In this document: in pieces, positions 46,126 to 60,985 of the stretch
Position numbering within the stretch: the stretch's first letter is position 1
How the letters are laid out: each line of letters begins with the position of its first letter
DNA from: Stegostoma tigrinum
Taxonomy: Eukaryota
Direction: 5' to 3'
Assembly (NCBI RefSeq): GCF_030684315.1
Contig: NC_081396.1
Coordinates: forward strand, 434,001-498,000
Length of the DNA stretch: 64,000 bases
Position numbers and translations under genes: made by a program
The notes under the pieces: generated by a model
The model's input: the letters and a program-made list of their open reading frames with translations, nothing else
The model's database searches: none
What the model was told of the DNA's origin: nothing

Positions 46126-49010
46126 AAGAAACTTGGCACCATCCAGGACAAAGCAGCTGGGTTGTGTGGCCCCTATCCAGTACCATCAATGTTCAACACC
46201 TCTACAGTGGTAGCAGTATGAACAACCTACACGGTGGAATCACCAAAGCTCATTCATCAGCCCCTTCCAAACCCACAACCTCTATCGGACTGAAGGACAG
46301 GGGCAGCTTGTGTATGGGATCACCACCACGTGCAGGTTCTCCGACAACACACCATCCTGACTTGGAACGACATCGCTGTTCCTTCATCATTACTGAGTCA
46401 AAATATTGGAATTGTCTCCCTGACAGCTGCAGCTACATGTCCCCCCCAACCCCGCCACCAACCCCCGAAGCAGTTTAAAAAGGCAGATCACCCCAGTTTC
46501 TCAAGGGCATTTACAGATGAAAAATAGCCCAACCGCTCATGTCCACATTCTGTGACCAAGCAGTAAAATATGGAATAATCATCACAAAGTGTCTTTCCTG
46601 GGGTTGAAGCAAGAAGTGTTACATTTCTGGGCATTGGGAAAGACATCATTCCCCATGACATTAAAATAATGCTTTTTTGATATCAGTTTGAGAGGGGCAG
46701 GTGGATAGATGCTGAGCTTTCAGGAACAGAACACAGACACTAGTATAGCAGTGGGGAATTTGGACACTGACAGCTGCTTAGCCAGACAGACAGGCCAGTG
46801 ATATAGGAAATACAATTCTGGGCACTCTACCCCAGGAAGAAGGTGGACATCACAGAAAAGGATCAGAGGAGGGTGAACAGAAATGAAGGACTTCAGTTAT
46901 GATGCAGTTGGAAATGTTTGGACTTAATGCTTTGAAATCTCCTTCAACCTCTCCCTCTCTTCCTCCTCCTTTAAAATTCGCTGTAGAACACAACTCTTTG
47001 GTCAAACCTTTGGCCATCTGTCTGATATCTCCAATTGAGGCCTTGTGTCAAATTACATTTCATATCCCTCCCATGAAATGCCTTGGAATGGTTTTCAATA
47101 CTGAACGTGTCATATAAATACAAGTTGCCAAGATGGTTACGATCTAACCATTTAGCTGGTGAGAAGTTTCAGGACAGATTGAGATGAAGTATTTTCTCGG
47201 GTGAGTGGGTCAGTGACATGTGGACATAGGAAGCTTGTTATGAAAGCAGACAGAATAGTAAAGATTGGGTGGATATTAGAACCAGGCGAGGGACACTGAG
47301 TCATTGATAAAGTAAAAGAAATCCAAAAAAGATAGTAAATGAGGAACAAACATAGAATGATATTGCAAAAGCCAGTGAAGAACGTAAGAAGGAACAAATT
47401 AATGAGAGTAAACATGGGTTCCCAAGAGACAGAAACAGAGGAAATCCCAACAGGGAACGAGGAATGGGCAGAGATATTAAAGAAGACCCCAAAACATTCC
47501 TGAAGGAGGAGAGGATCAAGGATCTGGGTGAAATTGAGGAACTGTGGGATATTCTGCAGAATGAAGTCGTACTGGAGAGAATAGTGTGACAGCATCAGAA
47601 TCTATGATTGGGGATGTAGTGACAGTATATTGTCACTGAATCTGAATCTGAAAGGGAATCTATGGTAGGTTTGGATCATAATGAAGGATATAGGACAATG
47701 GCAAAATGCCAATCGACACTAGTCCGTTCCCACTAACAGGAAAATTTGCATCATAATAATACCACAAAGTGTATCAGTAAATATCCTGCAGCAGTAACAC
47801 CAACAGATGCCTGAACAATTTACTGACACCAGTAACACAGTCTAAAATATTAATACTGTACCTGCATCAGGAACAGCACCGAGTTTCCCTGTATATACCA
47901 ACACCAGATGTATTCGTACTGAGCCTGCATCAGTAACCGGACTGAATGTCATTGTGTCACACTCACCAGGAACGCTGTCTGAACTATTAGTAAACAGCAG
48001 GAAAAAAATCAATCTCTCTATCTATATCCTTATCCTGTGCTTTCTATGTATTTATTAATAGGAATGCATATACATTATATTGCTATATGTTTATTTTTAC
48101 ATTGATAAATATATTCAAAATATGTGTGGCTCCTTAAAGTTAATTATGAAGTTGAACATTCGCAGTTTCAGCTCTCCAGTTGAATGGCCTGTACTTGATT
48201 CTGATAATGCAGAGTTAAGCAGTGAATGAGACCGGGGCGATCATCCACATTTTACTGATCACCCCCTCCCCCTGTCCCCAACAATCCCAGCTCCAGCCCA
48301 AAAACCCACCCAACACAGGTCAGCGGGTTGCACACAGAACCAGTCCACTGCTACACTCGAGATAAACAGCGGAAATGTTTTTTTAGACTGAGTCCTTATC
48401 AGCAACAAGCAGCGTTACACACCCAAAAGTAACCTCACCCCATCAGCAATGATTGATGGAAACCGCATTCGAAATGTTTCACTGGCTGTGACAGCTCCAC
48501 TTGCAGCAAATTGTTTCTGCTCAGATCGCTGCCCAGCCTTGCATGGCCCTCTCCTGTGTTTTCCCTCGTGTTGTCTCCTTCACTGTTGCCCCTCAAACCT
48601 CACTCAGTAAGACTGGGTTGTGAAGTCTCACTGAAACAATACTGACCTTGACTGACTGGTCACTGATGGGATTGAAGGCGTGCGGTGAATTTGTTCAGTG
48701 ACCTCTCTTTCCCAAAGGTTCACACATACTGGACAGTCTCCCTGACAGGGACACAGTGGCAGAGGGGTTCTGTCACTGTACTCTCAATCCAGAACTAGGG
48801 TTCACAAATCCCACCACTTTGAATGTTGGAAATCCATTTCATAATGTCGACATTTAAAAATAAACTGGCAGCAACCAAGTCATGAATGTCTTTCCGGAAG
48901 AAATCCTGGAGTCCTTTCCTGGTCTGCCCATCGATGAGGAGCAGGTTCTGTTTCAGAGAATCAATACTACAGGGGACAGAATGGATTCTGGCAGGGTGCA
49001 GGATCCAGGC

Positions 49011-49189
49011 ACAGGCAGCATCAGAGGAGCCTGAAAGCCGACATTTTGGGCCTGGGCCCTTCGTCAGAAATGGCCCAGACCTGAAATGTCAGTTTCCTGC
49101 TCCTCCGCTGTCGCCTGGCCTACTGTGTTCCTCCAGCTCCACACCTGATTATCTTGGACTCCGGCATCGGCAGTTCCGACTTTCTCTGA
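49011..49189. mobile_element. Penelope-derived short element with inverted arms and a 10-bp flanking direct repeat
   Basis: ggatccaggc at 49001-49010 and 49190-49199. Minus arm carries CTGACGA-agggcccaggccc-AAAA. Same family as the 17790 and 50190 copies. Confidence 0.7.
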
Positions 49190-51824
49190 GGATCCAGGCT
49201 CAGTCTTGATGACGGAGATGTGAGAATTGTTGAACGTTCAGGAGATTTCTTCAATTGTGTTTGAAAGCCAGAGACTATTCCCCCATAGGCTTTCCTCAGG
49301 AGATTAAAGGGAGTAAATAAATTTAGAGGTCAGGATACTGTATCCATAAAATGTGGAAGGATATGAAATGGGTGGTAATCCCAGGACGGTGTGGATTGTA
49401 AATGGGCTGTGAATGATGCAGATTCATAGGTCAGCTGAAGAATGATTTACTTTTTCTTGATCACAAGGTTAATTCATTTTGTTGTTCATCAGGTAAACAC
49501 CACCTTTAATCTGAGACAAACTCCCGTTTACTGGTAAACTCACTTAGTATCTTTGTTTAAAATCATGACAGAGTTCCTCAAATTTAGTGTGAAGATTTTC
49601 CACTTTAGAGACAGTCTGTGCTGTTTCTGTCCGAGGGACAGATTATTCTCCACTCATACAAGGAGACTCATTTTTGAGCCTCTTTTCCTTTCACACTTTT
49701 AGTCCTGTTGGTCTGATCTTTTTTGGGTAAATACAAGAATCAATCATTGGTGTTGGTCACTAAGTAGAAACATATTTCGATATGTAAAACACTGTGCTTA
49801 TTCTTTTTAGTAACACTGTTCTCTCTGGGAGGCCCCCTGTTCAGTTTCTGTGATGCTGCCAACTCTCACAGGAAATGTCAGGAGAAGGAAATAGACATGA
49901 GGTTGTTGCTGAGTTTCACACGTCTGACAGCCATGAATGAAAATATCAGACCTGTTTCTTATAACTTGACAGCTGCACACTGTGAAATGCTGTTCAAATA
50001 CAAAAGAAAATCGGAACTGGAGTATATCATTCAGCCCCTTGATTACTCACAAGTAGGTCATGGCTGAGGTGTACCTACCGGTCTCGGTTCTAGATCCTTT
50101 GATGCTTCTTTCAGAAAATTGCTGTCAATCTCAGTGCTGAACTTTTTACATCATTCTCCAGTCTCATCTGCATCTCAGGGAAGATCATTTCTGAAGAAGG
50201 GTCTAGGCCTGAGATGTCAGCCTTCCTGCTGCTCTGATGGTGTTTGGCCTGCGTGTTCATCTAGCTCTACACCTTGTTATCTCAGCTTCTCAGGGAAGAC
50301 AGTTTGAGATTTTCACCAACCTTTGTGTCAGAAAATACTTCTTGACAGCGCCCCTGAATGCCTGGCTTAAATTTTAACGATCTGCTCCCCCACCTCCACC
50401 AGATAAATTATTTCTGTGTGTTTATACTCTTTAGTCTTTAATCAGCTTGAACTTCTCAATTACATCACTCTTCAATCTTCTAAATGCCACATTTGAGGCA
50501 AGACAAGTCAAAACAATATAAATGTTGTCTTGTTGTAACCTTTTTAGCTGGTATCATACTGGTAAATCTTCACAGCACCTTCACCATGGTCAGTACAGCC
50601 TTCCTGGGCTTCAGTCCCGGTATGAGTGACATTCTCCTCAAGTGATGGAACCAGACATCTGTTCAACTCCATCATCATTTCCCCCGATTTCTATTCCAAT
50701 ATCCAACAACAATTGCTGGACATTGAGAGATTCTGTTAAAATGTGTTTCATAGATGTATTAGAACTGAAACTGAGCAGTTGTCTCTCACATGAAGCAAAT
50801 TTTCTGCCTACACTGTCACATCCTACAGGGCTGGTCACTCTACCTGTGGAATATTTACTTCAATAATCTTTATGATTGATGCAAATGACAAACTCTGACT
50901 GTGACCGGGGTACACTGTCCCTCCTCATCCTCCTCAATGTGTCGGCATTCTTTCACACAATTGATCACCACCATCCTCTTCCAGTGTCCAGCAGAATGGG
51001 ACTGTCCTCGTCGGTTCCACACTTATCTGTCCACTCATTGCCAGAGAATTTTTAAATATTATTTCAAGGGAGGTGGGTGTCACAGGCAAAGGCAGCATTT
51101 GTTCCCATCCCTAATTCCTGGGAATCGATGTCTCGCTGGACCAGTTCAGAGGGCAGTTATGTGTCAGTTATATCACTGTGGGTTTGAAGTCACAAAGCAG
51201 AAACTGTCAGAACATTTGAGAAATATTTCAACGTGCACTCGTGGTGCCAACCTAAGGCTGTGGGCCAAGTGCTGGAAAAGTAGATGAGCACAGTGAGGTG
51301 GATGTCCTGACTGGATGTGATGGGCCAAAGGGGTTTTCCTGTGCTGTAGGTCTCTCTGACTCGATGACATCATGGACCCAACCAGGTAAAAGATTACAGA
51401 TTTCTTTCTGTTAGATTTTTACAACAATCATTGACAGTTTCATGGTCAGCATTACAGAGACTAGCTTCAATAACAGGTTTCTTAATTGTATTCAGATTCC
51501 ATCAGTTACCGTGGTCGGACAGAGTGACATGTCAGCTGGTCATCCTTTGGCACAGTATCCTCTGTACCGTGTATATTCTTCAGCAGATTCTGTGCCTCCC
51601 TAATTTCATTCAGTCACTGAGTATGACAGAGAGAATTGTGTCTGTTTTTCTTGTAATCCGAGCTGACGGTAGTTTGGGTCAGTCAGATCCGAGCATGAAA
51701 TCTGACCTGATAGTTCAGCATTTGATTTTGTTTGTTTGGTTAATGTGGTGGTTAGTTATTGAAACATATTGACGTGAGGCTGCAGATTTTCTTCAATAAC
51801 AGATCAGACATTTATTGCACAGAA

Positions 51825-52165
51825 GGGGAGGCAATGGCTGAGTGGTATTATCACGATACTGTTAATCCAGAGACCCAGGCAATGTCCTGGTGACTTGGGT
51901 TTGGATCTCACCATGGCAAATGGTGCAATTTGAATTCAATAAATATCTGTAATAAGAATCTAATGATGGCCATGAATCCATTGTCGGAAAAAACACATCT
52001 GGTTCACAAATGACGTTTAGGGAAGGAACCTGCCATTCTTAACTGGTCTGGCCGCTGTATCCCAGACCCATAGCAATGTGGCTGACTCATGACCACCCTT
52101 TGGCCCATTAGAGACATTTCATAAATGCTGCCCTCGCCAGTAATGACCTCATCCTGTCAACGAAA
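51825..52165 (+). mobile_element. Shark tRNA-derived SINE
   Basis: Similar to 32005-32355. Confidence 0.75.
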
Positions 52166-54744
52166 AAACAAAAAGATGAAATTCAGAAAAATCAAACTAA
52201 CTACACACAGAAGGCAATTAAAATGATTCTACAAAGCACAATACAACAAAGTTTCAGCCTGTTTCCAACATCTCTGGTCGAGATTCAAGTCCAGAGAAAT
52301 TACACTGCTATTCCAGCTCTTCAGGGTTTTACTAAACTAACTTCTGATAGTTTGTTACGTAGCAGTGGGCTATCGAGACAGTTCGATCAGTCCTTTCCAA
52401 TTCCGCTGACATGAACTTTTCACAAACCTGAAAGTTTCACCTTTCTCAGTTTGCCCCTCCAGATGGCAGACCAAACACTCCTGGGCTGGACAGTTTGTAA
52501 ACTAAATCTTTCTACTGCAAGAATTTGCTCCCTGAACTACCCTCATACTTTCTGAGAGAGCAACGAACCTTGCCTCTGCATTTAATTCCGGTGCTTTATC
52601 AGTAGATTAAAAAATAATGTTCCTCCTGGATTTCTCAGATCAATGAACAAATCTCATGGCCTTGCATATTTCCCTCACCTGTCACAAGCATGACAGTGTA
52701 AACATCTTGCATTAACAGTACAGGGGTCTGCTTCATCCTCTTTCTGACCAAATACTGGTTCTAATCACTGTGCTGAAAGGTCTGTCTGACCTTATTTTTA
52801 AAGAAAGCTTTTCACACTGGTAACCAACATCCATTTGCTTCCAATGTGAACTCTGAATTCTAAAAGTTATGTTTCAGTGAAAATTGCAGTGTTTTGTCAC
52901 ACTGAGAAAGTAAAGATTTCTGCATCTTCAACAAGGGCTATTTCGTCTTGATCAGGCCTTGCCTCAGGGATCAGGGACAGAGCATTTGCAGTAGCCTGCT
53001 GTTTTCCCAGTAAACCCATCCTAGTCACTATCCTCAATCAGAATTGTTGTTCTCACAATGAAATTTGTGCAAACATATAATTTCAGGGACTCCGTGAGGG
53101 TTTGTGGCCAGTCTCTATCTTGAAATGGAGATACATACTCTGTGAATGGCCGTGTCACAGCCCATCATTCTTCCTTGATCACTTTTTCTGTTTCTTCAGG
53201 CTTTTCCGGTCATCTTGATGGTCTGGGCTTTCCTTCTCTCGGCATCTAAAATAACAGACACCCCAGACTTGTGGAAGATGCACCTGTTTCATTGACAGTG
53301 AATAGTTTTGGGTTTTGACGCTGAAATTGTTTTTGATCACCAGCTTATTGGTTTTGTTGCGGGTGAAGCAATCCCATGCTTAACTTCCTCCTTTATCTTT
53401 GCCAAGAGAGGATGAGGTTTTGTTCTGGATGTAAACAGCCAGACTAACTTTTTTCTGCATGCGGAATTACATGATATGTTGCCTTCCTTTTTCCTCGCCC
53501 ACTGACAAGAACTGGATGTTCATCTCTGGATTTTACACTCTAATATGAACAGACAAGCAGATGAATTAGGAATAGGAATAGGCTAAATAGCCACTCAAGC
53601 CTGCTCCACTATTGAGTAATTTTATGGCTGATTTAATTGTGATATCAAATTCACATTCCCGTCTCACTCTGTCAACCTTTGACTCCCTCGTTTGTCAAGA
53701 TCAATCCACCTCCACCTTAAAACTGCTCGATGGTCTTCTTGGGTTTCATCTCCCTCTGCTCTGCAAATCACATGTAAGTTCAGCCTCCACAGTTTCTGAG
53801 TGAACATCACCAGTTCTGTGTCACATGTGACAGCTTCTGTGAGACTTCTGTCATGATACTTGAAGGTTGCACTCAATTCACTCATGAGCTTGTGCTTTGT
53901 ACATCCTGACTGACCTGTGTAGTTATTTGAATGATGCCTGGCCAGAATTTTCCCTGACCGCAGTTGAAAATCAGAAAGAACTAAAACTACTCCAATTGTA
54001 TCAAACTCTTAACACAGAATTAAGCAAAGGAGGACGAAGAAACTGAGAAAGAGAACATAGGATATGAGTATACAATAGCAAGGAACGTAACAAAGGGTGG
54101 AAGCGTTTCTATACGTTAGTAAAGTGGAAAACATTATCAAAGACAAATGTAGATCCATTGTAGGCAGAGACAAGAGAATCTGTAATAGCAGATATATGAT
54201 AGCAACTGCTCTTCTCAAAACCACAGGAATCTACAGACACTTCATCACCAAAACAAGCCTTCAGTCCATTGATCCATCCATACTTCCCACTGCCTTGGGA
54301 AAGCAACCAACATCATTAAAGACCCCTCTCACCCCAGTTGTACTAACTTCCAACTTCTTTTGTGGGGCAGAAGATAGAAAAGTTTGAGCACAAGGACGAT
54401 CAGATTCAACAACAGCTTCTTCCCCACTGTTACTGGACGTTTGAACAGGCCTCTCAAAAGCTAATATTGATCTCTCTCTTTGCACTTTCTCTGCTGTTGT
54501 ATCACTGCATTCAGCACTCTATTCTGTGACCCTGATGCACTTTGTATCTTTCGATCCAGCTGTAGAGCAAGCAAAACGACACATTTAACTGTATCTCCAT
54601 AAGTGACAACAATAAATCAAATCAATACAGAGACATGTCAGAGAAACTAAATAAGGATTCATAGATCAAAACACAAGCGTGTCCCTGCAGTAAATAATAT
54701 CCAAGGATCTAATGGTTCGTGTGGGACACAAAGAGATTAGTAAG

Positions 54745-55340
54745 ACCATCGAGTCATTTGGCATGGAAAAGACCCTTCGGTCCAACTCATCGATGTTGAC
54801 CAGATATCCTAAATTAATCTATTCCCAGTTGCTCGTATTTGGCTCATATCCCTATAAACCCTCCTTATTCATGTACCCATCCACATACCTTTTAAATATT
54901 GTCATTGTACCCCTTCCACCACTTCCCTGGCAGCTCGTTCCTTACACACATCACCCTCTGCATGAAAATTTGCCACTCATATCCCTTTTCAATGGTTCCC
55001 CTCTCACCTTAGACCTATGCTTTTTTGTTTTGGACTCCCCAACCCTGGGAAAAAAGACCTTAAGAATTCATCTTATTCATGCCACTAATGATTTTATAAA
55101 CACTTGTAAGGTGTCATGCTCCAGGGAAAAAAGCCCCAGCCAATTCAGAATCTCCCTATCGCTCAAACCCTCCAATCCCAGCAGCATTCTTGTCAATTCT
55201 TTCTGAACTCTTTCACGTTTCATCACATCCTTCCAATAGCAGGGAGGCCAGTAATGAATGAAGTGTTCTGAATGTGGCCTCACCAACGTCCTGTACAACT
55301 GCAACATGTTGTCCCAACTCCTATGCTCAACGCACTGACT
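54745..55340 (-). mobile_element. CR1 LINE 3' fragment
   Basis: LQLYRTLVRPHSEH...ERVQKELTRML. Confidence 0.8.
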
Positions 55341-57454
55341 AAGAACTCCATAAGGCAGTGATGCAGAAATAGGCCATTCAGCCCATTGAGTGCTCCACCA
55401 TTCCCATGAGATCATGACGAATCTGATCACGCTCAACTCCACTTTCCTGCCTTTTCCCCAAGATACTCAATTTTTGTACTGGTCAAACATCTATCTCAGC
55501 CTTAAAGATACTTAATGACCCAGCCTCAACAGTCCTGTGTGGTCAAGAAATACTGAGATTCAATATTGTCTGAGAGAAGAAATTCCTCCTCATCTCTGTC
55601 TTAAATAACTGAACCTTCATATGAAATGTAGGATTAATAAAACATCCGCAATCTCACTCGATGGCAGAGGAGACTTGATGTGCTGAATGGTTTACTTCTG
55701 CTGTTACATCTTATGGAGATTATGCCCTGTCATCCTAGAATATCCTACAAGTAAAAACAGCCTCCTGCATCTATCTTCTCAGGTCCTCTAAGACTTCTGT
55801 GTGTTTCAGTCAGGTCATCCCCCTCATTCTTTTAAATTCCTATGTGTACAAGCACAACCTAGTCAACCTCTCCTCATCAGACAGTTCCTCCCCATACCCA
55901 GACTAAGTCCAATGAGACTTCTCTGGCTTCCAGTGGAACCTGGGGTCTTACCTCAGAATAAAACGCCAGCTTTTTTGGACTGAGAGGAGGAGGAATCTAT
56001 TCACATAGTGGGTGATGAATCTTTGGAATTCTCTTCCCCAAAGGCTGTGACAGCTCAGTCATTAATTCAGTTCCAGAGAGAGATTGATGGGTTCCTAGTT
56101 ACAAAGGTCATGAAGGGATAAGGGGACACAAGGGGAATGTGGCAGTGAGGTAAATGATCAGCCATGATCCAGAAAGACAAAACAAGCTCAAGGAGCTGAA
56201 CAGCCTGCTCTTGTGCCAATTTCACAATTAACATTGCAGGCCATTCCTCTTTGAATGACACGCTTCTCTGATGGAAACTGCACACTCTTCCTGATGTGCT
56301 GAATGGTTCTGTCTTTCCGCCATTCTGAGTCACACAACACCTTATTAATCTGAAACAGCAGAAGACCTTTTTTTTTTACTTTTATCTCTGTTTCAGATGC
56401 ACTACCCTGTTCACCTCAGGTGCTTGAATGACCTAATTCAGAAGAATATAAATTAAACACCAGACAACACAATGCAACTCATAGGGCTCAAAAATGAAAC
56501 TAAAAGGATGTCCTTTCCTTCTGAATACCAATACACTTCAAACATAAAGCTGTATATGTTCTATCCAGTCTAGGGCCCAGGCTTCCAAACTACACGAACA
56601 ATTTTGTTTTTGTTTATTCTTCGTATGTGGGAGCCACTGACAAGGCCAGTGTTTATTGCCTATCCTGACTTGTCCAGAACACAGTCAAGGGCCATCTAGA
56701 ATGCTGTGGATCAGGAATTATGTGTAGACCACACCAGGTGAGGATGGTAGATTTCCGTCCCAAAAGGAACCAGATGGGTTTTTATGATAATCATTGCACG
56801 GTCACCATTAGGCCAGATTTTTATTCCAGATTTATATTGAATTCACCATCTGCCACAATAGGATTCAAACTCATGTCCGCAGAACATGAGCCTGAAGTTC
56901 TGGGTTTGGAGTCCACTGACATTACCATGACAGCACTCTTCTTTAAATATCATGACCTTCATCACAATATCAAGTGAAGAACTGAATCGACCACTCTCAC
57001 GAGATTAACAGTAATTGTTCTCAAGGGAACAGTTTTTGGGAACTGTAGAACCGTATATATCCACAGGAGTAAGGATATGCTGGTGGCCTGCCTTGGTTTT
57101 CAGTGAAGATCTCACATAGTCCACTAACACCCTGCCTTAAAACCTGGAATGACAGTTAGAGGGTTACAGTTTGAGTGCAGATTGCAGTATTCCAATGATC
57201 TGGCTTATGTGGTTGTTTTACAAAACTGTATTACATCCCTGTGAAGACCTGGCAAGGAAAAGGGTTGCCTTACACATTCTTATTATACATCAAGGATAAA
57301 TTCTTTGACCTTTTCCTGTAACTGCTCCATCTCCTTAACCTCACCGAGCTTTCAGTGATGACGAGAGAAGCTGCTACTTCTATCCAGGCCAAATCACCCC
57401 CAGGAATCGGTCAACTCCGAATACAGGCCTAGCATGGGCTGCACCTGCCGATAC

Positions 57455-57620
57455 CTAGAGACAAATGTGGACTATGTTACTTCTGTCTCCAGGAAACAGT
57501 GGACTACACCGACCTCTGTCTACAGGCAGACTACAGACTGTATCTACCTCTGTCTCCAGGTGAACTATGGACTATGCATACTCTGTCTACAGACAAGCTA
57601 TAGACTGTGCCTACAGTTAC
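57455..57620. repeat. Degenerate ~33-bp tandem repeat (about 5 units)
   Basis: Recurring (t/a)ggacta....ctctgtct(c/a)cagg units. Confidence 0.75.
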
Positions 57621-58499
57621 CGGCCCAGACATTAGATCACAATCCAGGTGCACCTGATAGCAATGTCAGCTTGTCGCCAAGCTGCTCGAACATGTCATAA
57701 CACATCTTTGGAACCTGCAGGAATTGAATGTAGATTTCCTGGCCCAGAGATCTACTTTCTCAAAAGTGAGCTCGTATATACCTTGTCAATACCATTTATT
57801 AAAACTTTGGCATCCAGTGAACTCTTTGATGGAAATGTTATACTGTTCACTGGTACAAGAGGTTGAATGGCTCCTGTCTTCCCCAGTGTGGCTGCATTTT
57901 CAACTTCCTCATGTAAGGAATATGGAGTTCCTTTTTAGTTTGACAAGAAATGCAATTTAACTCTCAGGTGTACGTTGTATCTGGCCTTTCAGCTACAATC
58001 AGAGCTACAACCTGGCCTGGAGTACACTCAGCCAGGGCTCGATACTTTGCATCGATTTTGTGGACCACTATAAATCCCATTGATTTACCCCACAACTTGC
58101 AGATATTTTCACGAGGATGTTCCACCTTCCAACAATGGAAAATGGGATATCATTTCCACCCCGAGCACCTTTCCTCCTGGACTGAGGAAATGTTTCTGAG
58201 AGATCCCCAGCTGACCGTCCTTGTCCCATGCTAATTGTCTTCCTTTTGTCCTTCCACATTCAGTCCTCCTCCTCAGATTTGTGATATTGACAGGAAAGAT
58301 ATTATTTAATTTGTGGACCAGATGGAACTGTCAATCATTCGAGGAGTGAAAAAAAAACAGTGAAAGTTACAAATGATGTATACTGGTCTGACTTGTTTTG
58401 TTTCATTCAGAACAGTGCTCCAATACTACCAGTACATTCGTTTACAAAACTTCCTACTTTTTTTAATCTGGATTTTTCCTCTTAGATCTCAGTTGCCTC

Positions 58500-59100
58500 T
58501 CTGGTTTTGCAATTATCTGATTCTCGATGTAAGGAGAAAGAGAGTAAATAATTAAGGAATTAGAAATTAATTCCAAAGAGTCTCCTAGATCATCTCCAAC
58601 TTTAATGTCTGCATCCAAGGACCAAAATTAGTTTTCTTTACCCTCTCAAATTCTCCATAAGCCTGCATAGACTGCTTCTGGATATTATGAAATATCTGCC
58701 TGTGAGCCTCAGAGACAAAGTCTTGTGTTAAAAGTTGTCATTTTTGTCACCTCGACATCTATAGAACCCGCCTCAGGAAGCAAGGTGAAAGCCACATGAG
58801 TTCTTCCGATCAGTCTGCTTTACACAAGCAATGCCCAGTTATCTGTTGGCCTCCTCGTCTGTTTGGCTGTGTTTTCAAAAAAAATCAAAAATGCTTCTAT
58901 ATCCCTTTCATCAAAATTCAGAAAGGCTTTCCCAAATTGATAAACTTTCCCACTTACTCTTGGGTTAAATGTAGATGCTTCCCCACTGGAAAGCTCGTCA
59001 GAGTCTCAGCGTCCTCCTTCTCCATTTCAGCTTTAAAACTCATATGCCCTTTTGCTTTCTCCTGCCTCGCCTCTGTTTCACTGTTCAATTCTCTTTAATT
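58500..59100 (-). mobile_element. Gypsy gag remnant (Gmr1-like)
   Basis: Minus frame reads FDERDIEAFLIFFENTAKQ...NWALLV*SRLIGR. Confidence 0.55.
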
Positions 59101-60769
59101 TTTGTTCTCCTGCATTAGGATTCCAACAACAAGACAATTCAATATAGCACAAGAACAGGCCTCTCAGCCCACCCAGCCCACATTGATTCTAGTCCTCATT
59201 TAGACCCACTACTCATTGCCCATGTGCAGTTTCTATCCCGCTGTTCGCCTCCCATTCATGTGTCCATCAAAATAGACCTTAACTGTTGCTAACATGCACA
59301 CAATATTGCAGAAACCTCACTAAACCAGTAGCCTAATTAAAGTTTTGTACAGCTGTAACATACAAACTTTCATATTCACTGTGGACAAACAGGAAACTGG
59401 AAGAACACAGCAAGCCAGGTCGCAGCTGGATGAAAGGAGATGTCAACATTTTGGGTGGGGCCCTTCTTGAGGACAGTGAAAGCAAGGTTGCTGTATGCCT
59501 TCCTGACCACCTTATCCACCTGTGTTACCATTTTCAGGCATCTGTAGACTTATAAACTCAGATCCCTCTGAATGTCAATGCTCCAGTTTCAATTGTCTTT
59601 AACTCTTTCTTTCTCTTTCTTCTCTCTGAAGTGCTCATTCTTTGTTTTCTCTTCATTTTCCTTTTCCCTCACTGGAAGCTTGAGAGTTCCCATTTCATTT
59701 TCATGTTCAAGTGCTCCATCAGCAACTAAAGTCTCAATAATTCAATTCACTTAACAGTTGTATTAACTTGCCTCTTTGCCAGTTTCAAATGTTGTGCTAT
59801 TACCTCAATTATGTCTGCTTTCCAGGTAGAGACATTTCATCCTCACTTCAACTTCTCTGCCAATTCCAACAGCTGAGCCCTGGTTATTTCTTGTCTCCCA
59901 CTCAGGGGTTAAATGCCCATCTCAAGAAAGGTTTTCAGAACTGCCAAAGTCACTCATCCTTTTGCAGTTTTTATTCCCTTCCTTCCAATTACATGTTTGT
60001 GGCATCAGGTATCCCACGGTGACTCTTATGTTATGACTGCGATGAGAAACGTGCACTGTCTTTCTCTTGTCCCACTTCTCCATGGTTTACAACGTAAATT
60101 TACCTGATTCATCCAGCTCCCAATATGAGCACTTGTATACTTTCTATACATTACACATTGAACAAAAAGATCCATCCATTCACCACGTGTTCTTCAATAA
60201 ACTCAAAAGTTGAGTCCAGCTGAAACAGACACATTTTGTTAAAACTTGTCATCTGGCACTCATCAGGACTATTCACAAGAGAGACCAAAATAAAGAGAAA
60301 TAACATTGATACTGTATGAGAGGAGGACTCCGAGTGATTGGCAAACAAACCCTGATTGGTAGAGGTGTCGCTTTGGAGAGTGCAACATTTATTAAGGACA
60401 GACAGTTAACTGCCAACATTTGTTCAAAGATTGAAACAGGCAGGTTAACTCTGGTCTGGTACGATGCTCGAATTATTGATGTGCTGATACAGAATATTTG
60501 CAATCTGCTCAGTTAAGAGAAACATTAACCTCATTGAACCACCTTTGAATTTGGAAAAGGGCATTTAGAAAATTTTAAATTGATTCAGTTTGGTTGAGCT
60601 CACCAGATTAAGTGTCTCAAATAAACCCCTTCAAAAAATGGCATTCAAATGCTTCGCGTTTGACAGAGATATAACATCAGGAAAATCAAGAATATTGAGT
60701 TGATGAATCATATTCAATTTTATGAAGTCCTGAAGGGTGGAATGGCCTCTTCCTCCTCCATGTGCCATT

Positions 60770-60933
60770 CACGGATTCTCACTCACAGCCATGAACATTC
60801 ACACTCTCTCACAAACATACACACTCTCACACATATATCCAGTCTTTCTCTCAAACTTCCTCTTTCTCACACTCACTCACGCTCTCTCACATACACTCTC
60901 TATTTCTCTCTCACGCACATTCACCCTTTCTGC

Positions 60934-60985
<52 letters not shown>

